Below are positions 23,035 to 35,418 of a stretch of 36,469 nucleotides of DNA, one piece after another. The stretch is from assembly GCA_003990765.1 (NCBI GenBank), contig RBNJ01000218.1:1-36469 (forward strand). The letters run 5' to 3'. The DNA comes from Jimgerdemannia flammicorona. Taxonomy: Eukaryota. The notes under the pieces are model-generated. The model saw only the letters and a program-made list of their open reading frames with translations, searched no databases and had not been told where the DNA came from. The position numbers were made by a program, and so were the translations under genes. Position 1 is the first letter of the stretch; each line of letters starts with the position of its first letter.

Positions 23035-26000
23035 GGTAGTTGTACAATGAAGTCTATAGAGATTTGTTCCCAATTTGCGGATGGTACTGGGATAGGGTGA
23101 AGTAAGCTGGGTTTTGCTAGTGTTGAGGACTTGTTTCATTGGCAGGCATCACAGGAAGTGATGTAGGTTTTGAGCTAATCTGCCATGCGGGGCCAATAGA
23201 AGTTTTGGGAGATAACTTTGTAACATTTATCAAATCCTAAATGTCCAGCTGTAGGGACATCATGACATTCGAATAGGATAGTCCTTCAGAGGTCTCAGTT
23301 GTTTGGAATATACAATCTGTCCTTGTAGTAGATAGCATTGTCCTTGAGTTGGTATTGATTGTACTGGGTATGCTTGTCAGCATCATCATTGTTCAGGATT
23401 TCTCGGAGTACTTGAGCTTCTTTATCATCAACACATACTGTGATGATTTGTTCTATGATAGTGTTGGTAACCAAGGTCAGAGTTTGAATAACCTCTTCAA
23501 TTAGTAGTCTGGAGATTGCATCGGCAACAATATTTTTCTTGCCAGGGCAGTACTGGATTTCGTAGTCAAAGTTGGTGAGGACTTTCATCCATCTAGCTTG
23601 CTTTTGGGAAAAGGTAGCCTGTGTCTTAATGTTGACTAATGACTTGTGGTCGGTCAATACAGTGAAGTGTGCTCTTTCTAGATATGATCGCCATTTGATC
23701 AGAGTGTCTACGATGGCTAGCATTTCCTTCTCATGAGTTGCATAGTTGATTTTGGCATCATTGAACTTGTGGGAGTGATAGGCCACAGGGTATTCTTCTT
23801 GCATGAGCACTGCTCCAAGAGCTAGGTCAGAGGCATCAGTGGTGACTTCATATGGTAGGGCAGGGTTTGCCGCTTGAAGTACTGGTGTGGTTATCAGAGC
23901 ATCTTTCAGCACTTGGAAGGCAGTATCTTGTTCGAGTCTCCAATTTACAAGATTGTTGAAGTCTTTCTCTTGTTTCATGGTCCAGGGTTGTTCTTGTTTC
24001 TTACTGTGCTTGGTCATTTGGGTGAGGGCAGTAGCAATTTTAGCAAAGTTGGCAATGAATCGCCTGTAATAGTTTGCTAATCCCAGGAATGACTGGAGGT
24101 CTTTTAGCTTCTTGGGTGTGGGCCAATCTTTGATTGCAGAGATTTTGCTGAGGTCCACTTTGATTCTATTTAGTATAACAATGTGTCCAAGGAATTGAAT
24201 TTCTTTCAGGAGAAATTCACACTTACTGAGTTTTGCAAAGAGTCTATTTTCTTGGAGTTTCAGTAGTACTAGTTCAAGGTGTTCAAGATGTTCCTCCAGG
24301 GTTTTGCTGAAGACTAGGATGTCATCAATGTAGACAACAATGAATTTGTCCAGGTATGGATGCAGAATGGTATTCATCAGTGTCTGGAAGGTTGCTGGAG
24401 CATTAGTTAAGCCAAAGGGCATAACCAGGAACTCAAAGTGTCCATAGCATGTTTGGAAAGCTGTCTTGTAGATGTCTTCTTCTTTCATGGCAATTTGCCA
24501 GTAACCATTTCATAGGTCAAAAGAGCTCATGAATTGTGGGTTGGTAAGTCTATCGAATATTTCACGATCCTTGGTAGTGGGCAACAGTTCTTGATAGTCT
24601 ATTCATTGAGATCATGGTAGTCAATGTATATTTGCAGATCTCCTCCTTTTTTGACAACAAAGAGGACTGGTGCACTATAGGGTGATACGCTGGGTCTGAT
24701 GAATCCTTGTTCTAGGAGTTCATTGATTTCCTTCTTGAGTGCATCAATTTCTCTCAGAGACATATGGTAGATTGACTTGAAGGCTGGTTTGGCATCTGAG
24801 ATAGTCTTGATTGTATGGTCTACTGCTCATTTGGGAGGTAGGCCTTTCGGGAGCTTCTTTGGGAATATGTCTTGGAATTTCTAGAGTAGTGGTCTGACAT
24901 GGTTGTCAATCTTGGAAAAATCTTCTTCAGAGTTCTTGGGTTCTCCTTTGGATGGTCAGATGGAGATAGCGAAGAGAGGGTATTTCTTGGCCAATTTCTT
25001 GATTTGTAGCTTGTTGATATGGGTGATCTTTGGTCCAGGGTCCCTAGAGTTGAGTGGGTCCTTTTTGCCTTGTAGTTTGAAGTTGTGGCATCCTTTCTTG
25101 ATGGTCAGGGAATGGTTTACCCAATCAATCATGGGGTTCTCTTATTTTAACCATAGAGTCCCAAGGATGATTTCATTGTCAAGAAGTGGTACAATTTAGA
25201 GAGTAACATGTACTCGGTAGTCACCAATTCAGAAGGGTAGATTGCGGACTTCTTTGCTAATAACATTTGAGGTTCAATCAGCTGTAGCAACTGCTTGAGT
25301 TTGCTGTACTGGAGAGGTGAAGACCTTGAGTCTGTTGGCTATCTCTTCATTGATGAAGTTGCCTGAGGCACCACTGTCTATCATAATCTTGACAGATGCT
25401 CCATTGACAAAAGCTTTAAGAGTGAGCAGTTTGTCTGATCCAATGGTGGTGATTTCAGTTGTAGGAGCCTTTCTTCTATTGGTTCTTCTTTGAGCCAGTT
25501 CGTTGACACAAGAGAAGCAATCATCAATTATTCGGGAAGAGTACATTCCAATACCATGAGGGCATTGGCCACTTGGTATATATCCATCTTCTATCTTCTT
25601 GTAGAATTGTTCTTCTTTGCTCATGGTAGGTTGGGCTAGAGCCTTGTTCTCGGATTTTTCTAGTAAGCCATTCAGGCAGGGCATCAAATAAATAGTCTGC
25701 TCTTGTACCATTTCATGTTTCATCATTGGCGATATATCCTAGGCCAACAGTGTTCAGGAGTGACTCGAGTTTTGTACAGAAGGTTTTGAATTCTTCTTTA
25801 CCATATACATCAAATTTGAGGTTGCAGAGTTTTACTTGAGATTCAGCAATCATGGTTTCACTATGGTATTGAACAATCATGAGTTGTTTGAGTCCAGGGG
25901 CTGCAGGATGGACTCCATATCCTGGGGCATTGTTTGCTGCATTCTGAGCAACTACTGCAGGTCAGGTATCCCATGTGAGGGGTTTTTCAGGAAGAGTTCA

Positions 26001-26315
26001 CCACCATTCTTTAGCAGGTCCTCGGAAGAATGTAACAACTTGGTGGACATAGGCTATAGTGGTAGCAAAGAGTTGTTCCAGAGTGTGGTCTTGATTGTTT
26101 GTCAGAACATAGTTAGCAACTCGCTCATTAGTCCATTGATTGGCTTCGAAGTTGGTGTCAACTACACTAATGAAGCTTTGGACTTCTTGTGCAGTACCAT
26201 TGAAGGTAGGTAGGCTCAGATTTTTGGTAGGTTGGGTCTGTTCAGCTAAGGCAGTGATAGTTGCTGCCATTATAGCTACTTGGGCTGTGAGATCAAGAAT
26301 CTGTTGGTTCACCAT
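23035..26315 (-). pseudogene. gag-pol: Element C gag-pol, 5' part (Gag N-half, deletion, Cys/His module, PR, RT, RH, IN N-terminus)
   Basis: Track ORFs 25998..26315, 25274..25726 and 23295..24488 match B. The Zn knuckle and dUTPase are missing at junction 25642-25648. Confidence 0.92.
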
Positions 26316-27277
26316 GTTGATTGCTGGAGGTGGTTGGACTGCTGGTAGTGGTGTTACTGGTACTACTTGAGGTACTGGTGCAGAGTGTGATGGGGTTCTT
26401 TGGGTCTGTGTAAGTTACTGGAGTAGTAGTTGTGGGTCTGGAGTAAGGGCTTGATAGATAGCTGTTTGTTGCTATGTAGGTGTATTCTGTCCTGATGGAC
26501 GTGTGTCTCCTTCAGTGGTGTATCCGGGATTGAATTCGGTGAGATACTCCTCCTCTTCTTCAGTTTGGTCCCCGTGTAATTGGGTTTGCTCTGCATCAAA
26601 GTAGACAGAATCAGTTGTATATCTGATTTCAGATGGACTTAATTCAAGGTCAAGTTCAGGTTTGGTATTGGTTTCAGATTTAGGTAGGGCTGTAGCAGGG
26701 CCTGCTTCAGGTTTGGGGTCAGGTAGTTGATGAAGAGTTTCTCTTGCTTCTTCTTTGAGGATATAGCAGGCCTTGCTGTTCTGGAATTGGTAGTATAATG
26801 TGGTCTTGGTCCTGGTACGGTGAAAGTCAGTAGAGTTGAGCCACTTGGCTATAGAGGCTTGGGCTTCGTGAGGAACTAAGGCTAGAAAGACTGCTGCTGG
26901 TTGTCCTAGGTCACTCAGATTTGTAGAGCTGACAAAACTCTTGTTGAGAAGAGTAAAGAAGGCTTCAATAAGACCTTCTTCATCTTTACTTGCTGGGTGT
27001 AGTGCAAGGAGTTCAGTGAATAGGGTTTCGCCTATTTGCTGGTTTAACCAGAGTACTTCTTTCTTTGAATGAAGTTTATCTCACTTATTGCAGGTGTGGA
27101 GGTCAAATTGTCCTTGTACATCAGGTTCAATTCTCTCCAGATTGTCAGATGGTTCAGGATAAATTCCAGTTCAGAGGTTGGGCTTTATACCAACTTATAG
27201 GAATTCTCGGAAGGGTTTGTAGTGAAGTGAGGAAGTGTCTTGAAGCAGAGTTGGATTGTAAACTGCTGCTACTAAGT

Positions 27278-29339
27278 TGTAAGAGGGTTACTTTTTAGGG
27301 TAACTGTTACGTAGTTCTGGAAAGGTTTTCTGGATATTCTGGATGTTCTGGAAGATCGTTTTCTTATGGTCAAGATCAATTTTATATGGAGTATGTCCTC
27401 TATACTTATTGATTTCAAGATCAGGTTGATGTCTCAACCAAAGTCCTTTTTTGGACTAGTTCTGGATGTTCAGGATTTTCTATATTTCAGGAAGTTCAAG
27501 AAACTAAGAACAGCTTAGTTGAATTGGTGTATCATTGCAGACAATACCCAATTAGAAAATTTCGTGATGGGGTTAGAGGTAGGACCTAACAGGGAGCTGA
27601 TTTACTTAAGAGTGGTTTGTGGGTTATGGAATAGATTTATTTGCTATTCATGATATTGCTATACTAGGAGTATTTGTATGAAAGGGTATTGTGGGGAAGT
27701 ATTCAGAAATGTTCTTGTATGTTCGAGTCTGAGATTATGAGGTCTGGGGGAGGGGGTATTTATACTAGTGAGGGGCTATCTAGACTATGCTAGATATGGA
27801 TGTAGCACTAAGTGCCTTGCTGAGTCAGAATGCAGTCATGTAGTACAAGTGTGATCTGATATATCAAGAGATCGTCTGACTGCTGAGTCAGTTCACAGTT
27901 ACATTGTACAAAGCTAATCTAACTATACTATGACTGCTAGGCTATTTATGAGTTTAGGCGCTGTCTGAGTAGTCTTTGATGACATCACCATCAATGATAT
28001 CATCTCTGATAAAGTAGTCATCTAGGAAGAGTGGTTCGCAGATTACTTCTCCTTGTTGACTGAGGTAGTAATACATTGGGACTTCATCTCCATCCCACAG
28101 GATAGCATTGTCTGTTTCATATGCTGGATAAGGTATTGGTGGGCAAAGGATAGGTGTATTGTCTTTGCTTTCATCGGATTCGCTATCTGTATACCTTCTA
28201 TAGGTTACAGCACTATGAGTCACCGGGTTGTAGTAAGCTGGTGGCTGTGGTTCATGTCGCTCATATTCAGGTGGTGGGGTTGTTGGTTCGATCTCTAGGG
28301 TTGTCTGGAGGTACAGGTTGTGTTCTCTGGTCTCTTCATTGTAATTGAAGTAATCGGGGGTGAATACAGGTTGGTATTCGTGCCAGTGGTCATTGTTCCA
28401 ATAAGTCTTGTATGTGGTTATGAACTGTTGTAAGTTCATCGGCAAGGTTGGTGGCATGATCAGGGTTGGCAGAGATCCTTGGCTAGAGGTCATGTCAGCA
28501 TCAGAGGGATTATTGTCTTCTGCTTTATCTTCATCGAAGTGGATTATATCGTAGACGTCCTTCATGGCATATCTGACTTGAGGCATTTGCAGGATATGGT
28601 CATCAGGGTACGGAAAGCTTCTGTCTGTGGTCTGGACGTATTCGAGGTACTTGTGGTTGAGTTTTTGTATCATGTCGTCGATTTGGCCATAGGACAGGGT
28701 AGCAACCATTTCACTGGTAGTAACTCGGAGGTGGGGAATAATGGTACTATACTTATAGAAGAGTTCTCAATGTTTGCAGACGATGAGCTTCTGGTGTTGA
28801 GACATCTGAGTAATGTCTGTATCATGGTGGTGTTTGACCATGTCTTCTAGGAGGCAGCCGATCTGGTAGTAGCTTGAGATTTATCCAATTCGGTGGGCCT
28901 TGCTAAGCATGTTCAGAGCATTCCATCAGGCTTCTATGAAGTAGAGGGGTGCTAGGCTATGGATATTCATGAGGGGCAGAGGGGGTGTGGCTTGGTTGAC
29001 AATGGCATTCCAAATGTCAGCGCGGATACAGTTGTAGATCTCAGTGGTCATGTTTGTATATTTGGAAGTTGTGGTTGTTGTTTGTTTTGGTTCTCTGATT
29101 CTATGCATCTTGGTGCTCAGTATATATGCATTTAGTCCTGATTGGTAAGATTCTGTTTGTATAAATCTTGTGTTCTGTGACTTCATATTGACTCAGCTTT
29201 GTGCACTGTGACTTCAGTTTGACTCAGCTTCATGATCAAGCAGATGATTTCCAGATTTGTTCAGAGGTTGCATGTAATTTCAGTGGCTTGTTCAGAGGAT
29301 GACGTATAATTTCAGTGGCTTGGAGGTTGTGCACTTATA
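27278..29339 (-). repeat. Element C 5' LTR (2062 bp)
   Basis: Direct repeat of 13467-15528 with the terminal TG mutated to TA. The PBS is adjacent at 27262-27274. Confidence 0.95.
27954..29051 (-). pseudogene. LTR(U3) ORF, C 5' LTR copy
   Basis: 1098 bp long, with the last 251 codons open (track ORF 27954..28709). The upstream stops are CGA>TGA type. Confidence 0.85.
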
Positions 29340-29344
29340 TGTAG

Positions 29345-29466
29345 AGGACGTACTCTATACGAAATTGATCTTGACCATAAGAAAATAGTCTTCCAGAATA
29401 TCTAGAACTTCCAGAAAACCCTTCTAGAACTATATAATGGTTATTCTAAAAAGCAACCCTCTTACA
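29345..29466 (+). repeat. Remaining 122 bp of the element B 3' LTR
   Basis: Matches the end of the 5' LTR (~4878-4999), ends CTCTTACA and is followed by TSD CAGAT. Confidence 0.95.
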
Positions 29467-29471
29467 CAGAT

Positions 29472-30050
29472 GGATCTATAAACTACAAGAGTATAACTAA
29501 ACTATCAAGCACTACTCAAGAAGAACCAACACCAATGCTGATGCACTCTCAAGGATACTCCAAAACACTCTCATCAAAACTATTTAACATGAATAAGGAG
29601 TTATACTATGGATTAATCAGCTACCTTAGGCAGTAGAAGATACCAAATCACCTTGAACCCTGAATAATTACTATTATCAACTGGACTTGGAAATAGTTTG
29701 AACTAAACAACACTATACTCAAAAAAGAAGGAAAGCTCATAATACCCAAACACAAGAAGTATCAAGTAATGAAGGTGGTATATGAATAAGAATATCTAAG
29801 AGGAACTAATATATATAACAAGGTAAAAAGAAACATGTGGTGGCCCAAAATAGAAGAAGATCTGCATTAATTTATCAAAGAGTATATTAAGTATCAAAAA
29901 CAGAAACAAGATCAGTAAGATCAGACACCCAGGTCATCAAGAATTGAGCCTATTTCTTTTTACTACATTGCAATAGATATTATTAGGCCACTACCAGTAA
30001 CACTATCAGGAAACTGCTACATCATAGTTATTATAGACCTCTTTACTAGG
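29472..30050 (+). pseudogene. pol: Element A continuation: RNase H end and integrase N-terminus, truncated
   Basis: WIYKLQEY..NTNADALSR, a degenerate HHCC region with WWPK, and IAIDIIRPLP..SGNCYIIVIIDLFTR. Confidence 0.88.
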
Positions 30051-30067
30051 CAGACTCTGGTGAACTG

Positions 30068-31453
30068 GTGGTATACCCCTTCTTCCACAAGTCAGTATTA
30101 ACATGGGTCATCTTGGCAAATTTTTTGGGGCTGGGAATGTCTGCTAGAGAGGTCTTGTGGCTAGTGAGAGAGGAGATAGCTAGAGCAGAGTCACTAAAGT
30201 TTATCCCTTCAGCTGAGACAGTTGAGATAGAGTTTGTAGAGGAGGAGGAGATGGTGAAAGCCTTGGAGAAAGGGCTGGTCATCAAGAATATCAAGGTTGG
30301 TATAGTGAGGTACTTGAGGTGGAATCTGCATGCTATATATCTGGTGATTGAGGGGCTGCTGATACTAGAGAGACAGGAGACTAAGAGAATTATAGCAGAA
30401 GCATTGGGGGCTTTTGGTGAGATAGTCAACTTTGGGTTTATGTTCTGGGAGGGGACTAAGCTGAGGAATGGCAACTGTAAGGTGATGGTGAGGCTGAAAG
30501 GCAAGGAGGCCACAGGGCTAGAGAGGGACTGGCCAGAAGTGATTCTTATTAGAGGACAGGAGTACAAGGTATGGAGAAGAAAGGGTTCTGAACAGGAGGA
30601 GGAGAAATCTGCTTACTCTAGAAGAGAGAGAGGCTGTGAAGGAATTACAGAAGAGGAGATGAGAGGAGTTTGCCAAGGACTAGATCTGGATTCCCATAGA
30701 TAGGAGGAGGAAGAGGTAGTAGAGGGTGAACTGGGAGCATCTGCAGACAGTCCTTTAGAGCTCAAAAGTGGAGAAAAAAGAAAGGATAAAGATGGTCAAG
30801 AGTCAGATGAAAGAGGTGGAGATGGCTGAGGTGTCCTTTTCGCAACTATGGGGTGTGAAGAACTTAGCTTATATACTAGTAAAGGAGAAGTAAGCTGATA
30901 GAGAGGAGGTAAATGTAGAAGATTTTAAGGAGGTTGTTAAGATAGTGCCAGAGACTCAGTTAGAGGATATTCATATAGCAGAGACAGCAAATGTTCATTG
31001 GGAATGTCCAGAGATAGGTGAAGTGGTGTGGGTGCAGAGGAGAATAACCTGGTGGATGTGGCCTCTGATGTATCAGTAAATAGAGAGATATTATAGAAAC
31101 TAAGTAGGACCCTGAGGCCTGCCACTCCTGGGCCCCTGGTGATGACAGTTGATGACTGATATCAGGCAGTGCTTGAGGAACTTGCAGAGAAGGACATCAA
31201 GGAAGTGGATATATTTAATAAATCTCAGAAGGTATGAAAAAGGTTCCTCAATATAGCATTACAGGGGCCAAAGTTAGTGATGGCAATGGTGGCAGCACTT
31301 CTAGATGATAAAAGATATGAGATGGATGAGGACTGTATGGCTGATATTAGGAAGATGGTATCTGAGTGAGTAGATATCTTCTGCAGCAGTGTAAATAGAG
31401 CCCACATCTAGAGAGCTATCTATGAAGAACAGAAGGTAATAATCTGTAGTTAA
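30068..31453 (+). pseudogene. LINE ORF1-like (RRM-like region followed by acidic/charged linker)
   Basis: Track ORF 30068..30703 (VEIEF..ALEKGL..EALGAFGEIV..LRNGNCKVMV) resembles L1/Tx1 ORF1 and lies upstream of ORF2. The 3' end is approximate. Confidence 0.6.
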
Positions 31454-32517
31454 GCTGAAAAGGTGGTGGTGATTTCAGTGGAGCTTTAAACATTTCTATT
31501 CATAATGATGAACAGTCTATATATTTTATCATTAAACATCATGATTTGTATGATGGAGTGAAGCAAAAGTGTTTATTTTATTAGCTAAAGGTCAGGAGGT
31601 ATGATGTGGTATTTCTGCAGAATATTTGAGCCTATAGAGAGCAAGATTATGAGGATTGGAGCAGAGAGTGATATGGAAGTACAGGTTGGAATAAGCAGGT
31701 GGATATTTTGGTTGGCTTGGGGAGAGGTGAGCTGATGGAGGTTGAGATATATAGTGATCAATTGATCTGGAGAAGGTTGAAAGAAAGAGCTGGAGATAGA
31801 CTAGTGGTTGGCTCTGCTTACTTGCTAATAGTTGGCAGAGAGTGAAACCAATGGGTGGAGGGTTGGCTGGCTTAGAGAGATCACAATGAGATTGGGATAT
31901 TCTGGGGGGGGGGCTTTAATATAGTACATAATAGGACATTAGATAGATCTGATGGTGGAGCTGATGTAGCTATATCTGCTGAGCTTTCATGGTGGCTCCA
32001 GGTTGAGAGGGATATGAGACTGGTTAATGGGGTATGACAACATCAAGAGGAGAGGCTGGAGTTATTTACTTGGTGGCACTCAGTTGGAGAGGACTTGGTG
32101 GGAATGAGAATCAATTGGATTCTGGTAGCAGAATACTGAGGTAATATATTGAATTCAACAGGAGTATAGTAGTGTCCTTGGTCAGATCACTGGGGAGTTG
32201 AGGTATGTGGGAGATTTCAGATGATCAGTGGAGGTAGAGGTAGATGGTGACTTAATATAATACTACTCAAAAGACAGATGGAGAGAGACCAATTTGTAGC
32301 AATTGTGAGACAGGAAGTGATGTGATAGAAGAACAGTGGACAGTCAATAGCACAATAGTGGGGGAAATTTAAACATTTGGCAGGTGCTTATTGGCATGAT
32401 GTGAGGGAGGTAGCTGGGAGGAAACAGAAGAATAGAGAAAAGAGAGTTGAACAGGGGCTACATTGGTGGGTGAAATTCCTAGAAAAGGAGAACTTATCAG
32501 AGGAATGATGCTCTCTG

Positions 32518-33110
32518 TAGTGCTCTGAATGAGTCAATCCAGATGGGATTCGGATGGGATTCAAATTCCATCTGGATCAACTCAGATGGGATTTGAATCC
32601 CATCCAGATAGATTCAAATCAACTATTGTTTTGATTTCCAAATTAGACAATTAAATGTTTACATCAATAACTCGATGAATAATTATCCAAATTTGATGAT
32701 CTTGGTGTCATTTGAAAGCCCTTAATAAGGCCTTTCTAATGATACCAAATATATTAAAATCGGATTACACATTGCTGAGATATTAATGAAACCGTTCCAT
32801 TTGACGAAATTTCCAAAATCGGCAAATCGAACAATTTCCAAAATCGGCGATCCAGATGGGTTTCTTCATATCTCAGCAACACATAATCCGATTTCAATGT
32901 TCTTGGTATCATTAGATAGGCCTTATTAAGGGCTTTCAAATGACACCAAGATTATCAAATTTGGAGGATTATTCATCGAGTTATTGACATAAACATTTAA
33001 TTGTCTAATTTGGAAATCAAAACAATGGTTGATTCGAATCCATCCAGATGGGATTCAATCTGAATCAATCCAAATCCAATCCAGATTAAATTGACTCATT
33101 AGGAGCACTA
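32518..33110. mobile_element. Fold-back hAT-like MITE 1 (593 bp)
   Basis: Termini TAGTGCTCTGAATGAGTCAA and TTGACTCATTAGGAGCACTA, with a near whole-length inverted repeat. It is an AT-rich island in the LINE. The 8-bp flanks GCTCTCTG / GCTTCCAG match 5/8 (degenerate TSD). Confidence 0.85.
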
Positions 33111-34994
33111 GCTTCCAGTTAGCCAGAGAGGTGACTGAGTTGTGATTGGATTTGAAGACAGCAGAGGATAGGGTGGTAGATGGACTTTTAGCAAGGCTGT
33201 GGGTGAGGTGGCTGGAAGAAGGTGAGCAACCCACTAAATACTTTCAGGAATCTTGAAGGCCAGGAGAGTGTGGCATAGCTGGGCTTCAGTATTGCAAGAG
33301 AATAGAGTTGAGGTTACTGGTATTGTTGATATGCTTGGTGAGATCTCTGATCAATGGTATACTCTATAGCAAGATAGAGGAGAGCTGGTGAGGAGAGAGA
33401 CTTCAGTGGAGGATAATGACAATTTGGTTTGCAGCTGGCCAGTGATAGCATCACCTGAGATAGGTGGGACAGTAATGGGTATGGTGGCCCTAGAGAAGAT
33501 ATTGGAGGTTCTGAGGAAAGTACAGATTGGTTCATCACTAAGAGAGAATGGACTGCCTTGGGAGTTCTGGAAGAAGTTTCAAGTAGAGTTTAGGGGATGG
33601 CTTATTGAAATGGTGAACTATGTATTGAGTAAAGGTTGCTGGATCAGCAATGACTCCTTAGGGTTAGTCTCTCTACTCTATAAGGAGAAAGGGGATTAGT
33701 ATATGTGGTAGAACTAGTAGCCCATTATGTTACTGAATGTAGACAGGAAGTTGGTCTCCAAGATCCTGACAGGGAGGATGCAACACTGGATTAGACAATT
33801 GGTGGATGAAGAACAGTGAGGGTTTATGAAGGAGAGATAGATCTGTGATAGCACAGTCTGGATATATAATATTTTAGAGAGTTGTCAAAACCAGTAAGTG
33901 AATGAGAGAATAGTATTTTTAGATCAGGAAAAGGCTTATGACAGGGTGAGGTAGAACTATTTGAAGGTGGTTCTGCAAAAGGCAGGATTTGGGATGGTGG
34001 AGGCTCAGAAACTAATGGGCCTGGTGTGAGGCTGCTGGGCTGCAGTACTAATGAATGGATGGAGTGGCCCAGAGTTTGTCTTAGAGAGAGGCATGCTACA
34101 GAGAGATCCTCTTTTGCCCCTACTCTATATTTTGTCCTTGGAGTTATTGTTGGCTTAGCTGAAAGAGAGGCTTATCAGACTGAAGATGGGGGATGAGGTC
34201 TGGAAGCTAAGGGCTTTCACTGATAATATAGTGATAGGGTTAGGCTGTGTGGCAGATGTAGTAAGATTTCAGAATAGGGTAGGGCAGTACAAGAGACTGG
34301 TAGGGGCAAAGCTAAATTGGGGCAAGTGTGAGACTATAGAGCTTAGAGCTGGTTTGAGAGAGCATGGACATTTTGGGCAACTGGTCTGTACTGGAGAGAC
34401 AGTCCATTATTTAGATGTTTGGTTTTCAGTATATGAGACAGTATTGCTGAAGGAGTGGTAGTGTAGAATAATATAGAAGTGGGAGAGTGCTTTGGTGGGC
34501 TGGTCATTGGTAGGAAGGATTGTAGTTTTGAATGTGTATTGACTATTAAAGTTGTGGTATTTGGGGTACCATTTGGATTTTCCAGATTAGGTGGTTTGGA
34601 AACTGAAGAAGATGATAGAAGAATAGCTATAGTAAGGAAGAAGGTCACAGATTAGTTGGGAGACAGTAGTGATGTGGACAGTAGATAGTAGATTGGGGCT
34701 GGTGGATTTTAGGAGATGGCCAAAGATATTTCGAGGCTGGTGGGGTTGTTGATTGGCAGAATTAGGAATGGATAGTTAGGGCAAACTGACTATGGACAAT
34801 TGGGAAGTCAGATTTTGCCCCCATGGTGAGATTTGGAAGGATATGTGAGACTTGCTTCAGGCTGGAAAGATTAGCAGATTGTACTACTGGGGGTTCTGGT
34901 GGGGTATTGTGGAAGCTTGGCTGGTAATGGGACTTACAGGTTCAGAGCTAGATAAAGAGGAAAATATGGAGCAGTGATGGTAGTGACTTGGAGA

Positions 34995-35418
34995 TAGTGC
35001 TCCCAAATGAGTTGAATCAATTCGAATTGAATTGAATTGAGGGTTAAATGAGTCTAATCAAATTGGGGATTTTTTAATTCAAATCAATTTAAATCGAATC
35101 AAAAGTTGAATCGAATTGAGGGTCTAATTCATACCCTAATTTTCAAAATGTAATAACTCAGCATAAACTCATCCAAATCTAACATACTTTAGCTTGTTAG
35201 AATCACATTAATACGGTGAATCTAATAAGCTAAAATATGTTAAATTTGGATGAGTTTTCGTCGAGTTATTACATTTTGAAAATTAAGGTTTGAATCGAAC
35301 TTTGAATCGAATTGGACCTTTGATTCAAATTGAATCGAATTGAATTGGACCCTTGATTCAATCAAATTGAATCAAGTTTGGGCCAAATTTGATTTAATTT
35401 GATTTGTTGGGAGCACTA
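34995..35418. mobile_element. Fold-back hAT-like MITE 2 (424 bp)
   Basis: Termini TAGTGCTCCCAA and TTGGGAGCACTA, 8-bp TSD CTTGGAGA / CTTAGAGA (7/8), GAATC/GAATT subterminal repeats and a palindromic body. Confidence 0.92.

Larger units (their letters stand above)
13467..29339 (-). mobile_element. Element C: inverted sister copy of B, internally deleted, inserted in B's 3' LTR (span includes nested D)
   Basis: TSD TGTAG at 13462-13466 and 29340-29344. It has two 2062-bp LTRs, a PPT at 15529-15542 and a PBS at 27262-27274, all on the minus strand. Confidence 0.95.
2933..29466 (+). mobile_element. Element B: Ty3/Gypsy chromovirus with ~2.07-kb LTRs (span includes nested C and D)
   Basis: Starts TGTAAG and ends TTACA. 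A 5-bp TSD CAGAT lies at 2928-2932 and 29467-29471. Removing B restores A's frame (KGIYAR|WIYKLQEY). Confidence 0.96.

Noticed and set aside
32754..32939. 61-aa ORF inside MITE 1
   Set aside because: It lies within a palindromic non-coding element and shows no transposase features.
32518..33110. MITEs as CACTA/EnSpm elements
   Set aside because: The termini read TAGTG...CACTA, the reverse of CACTA...TAGTG, and the TSD in MITE 2 is 8 bp rather than 2-3 bp.
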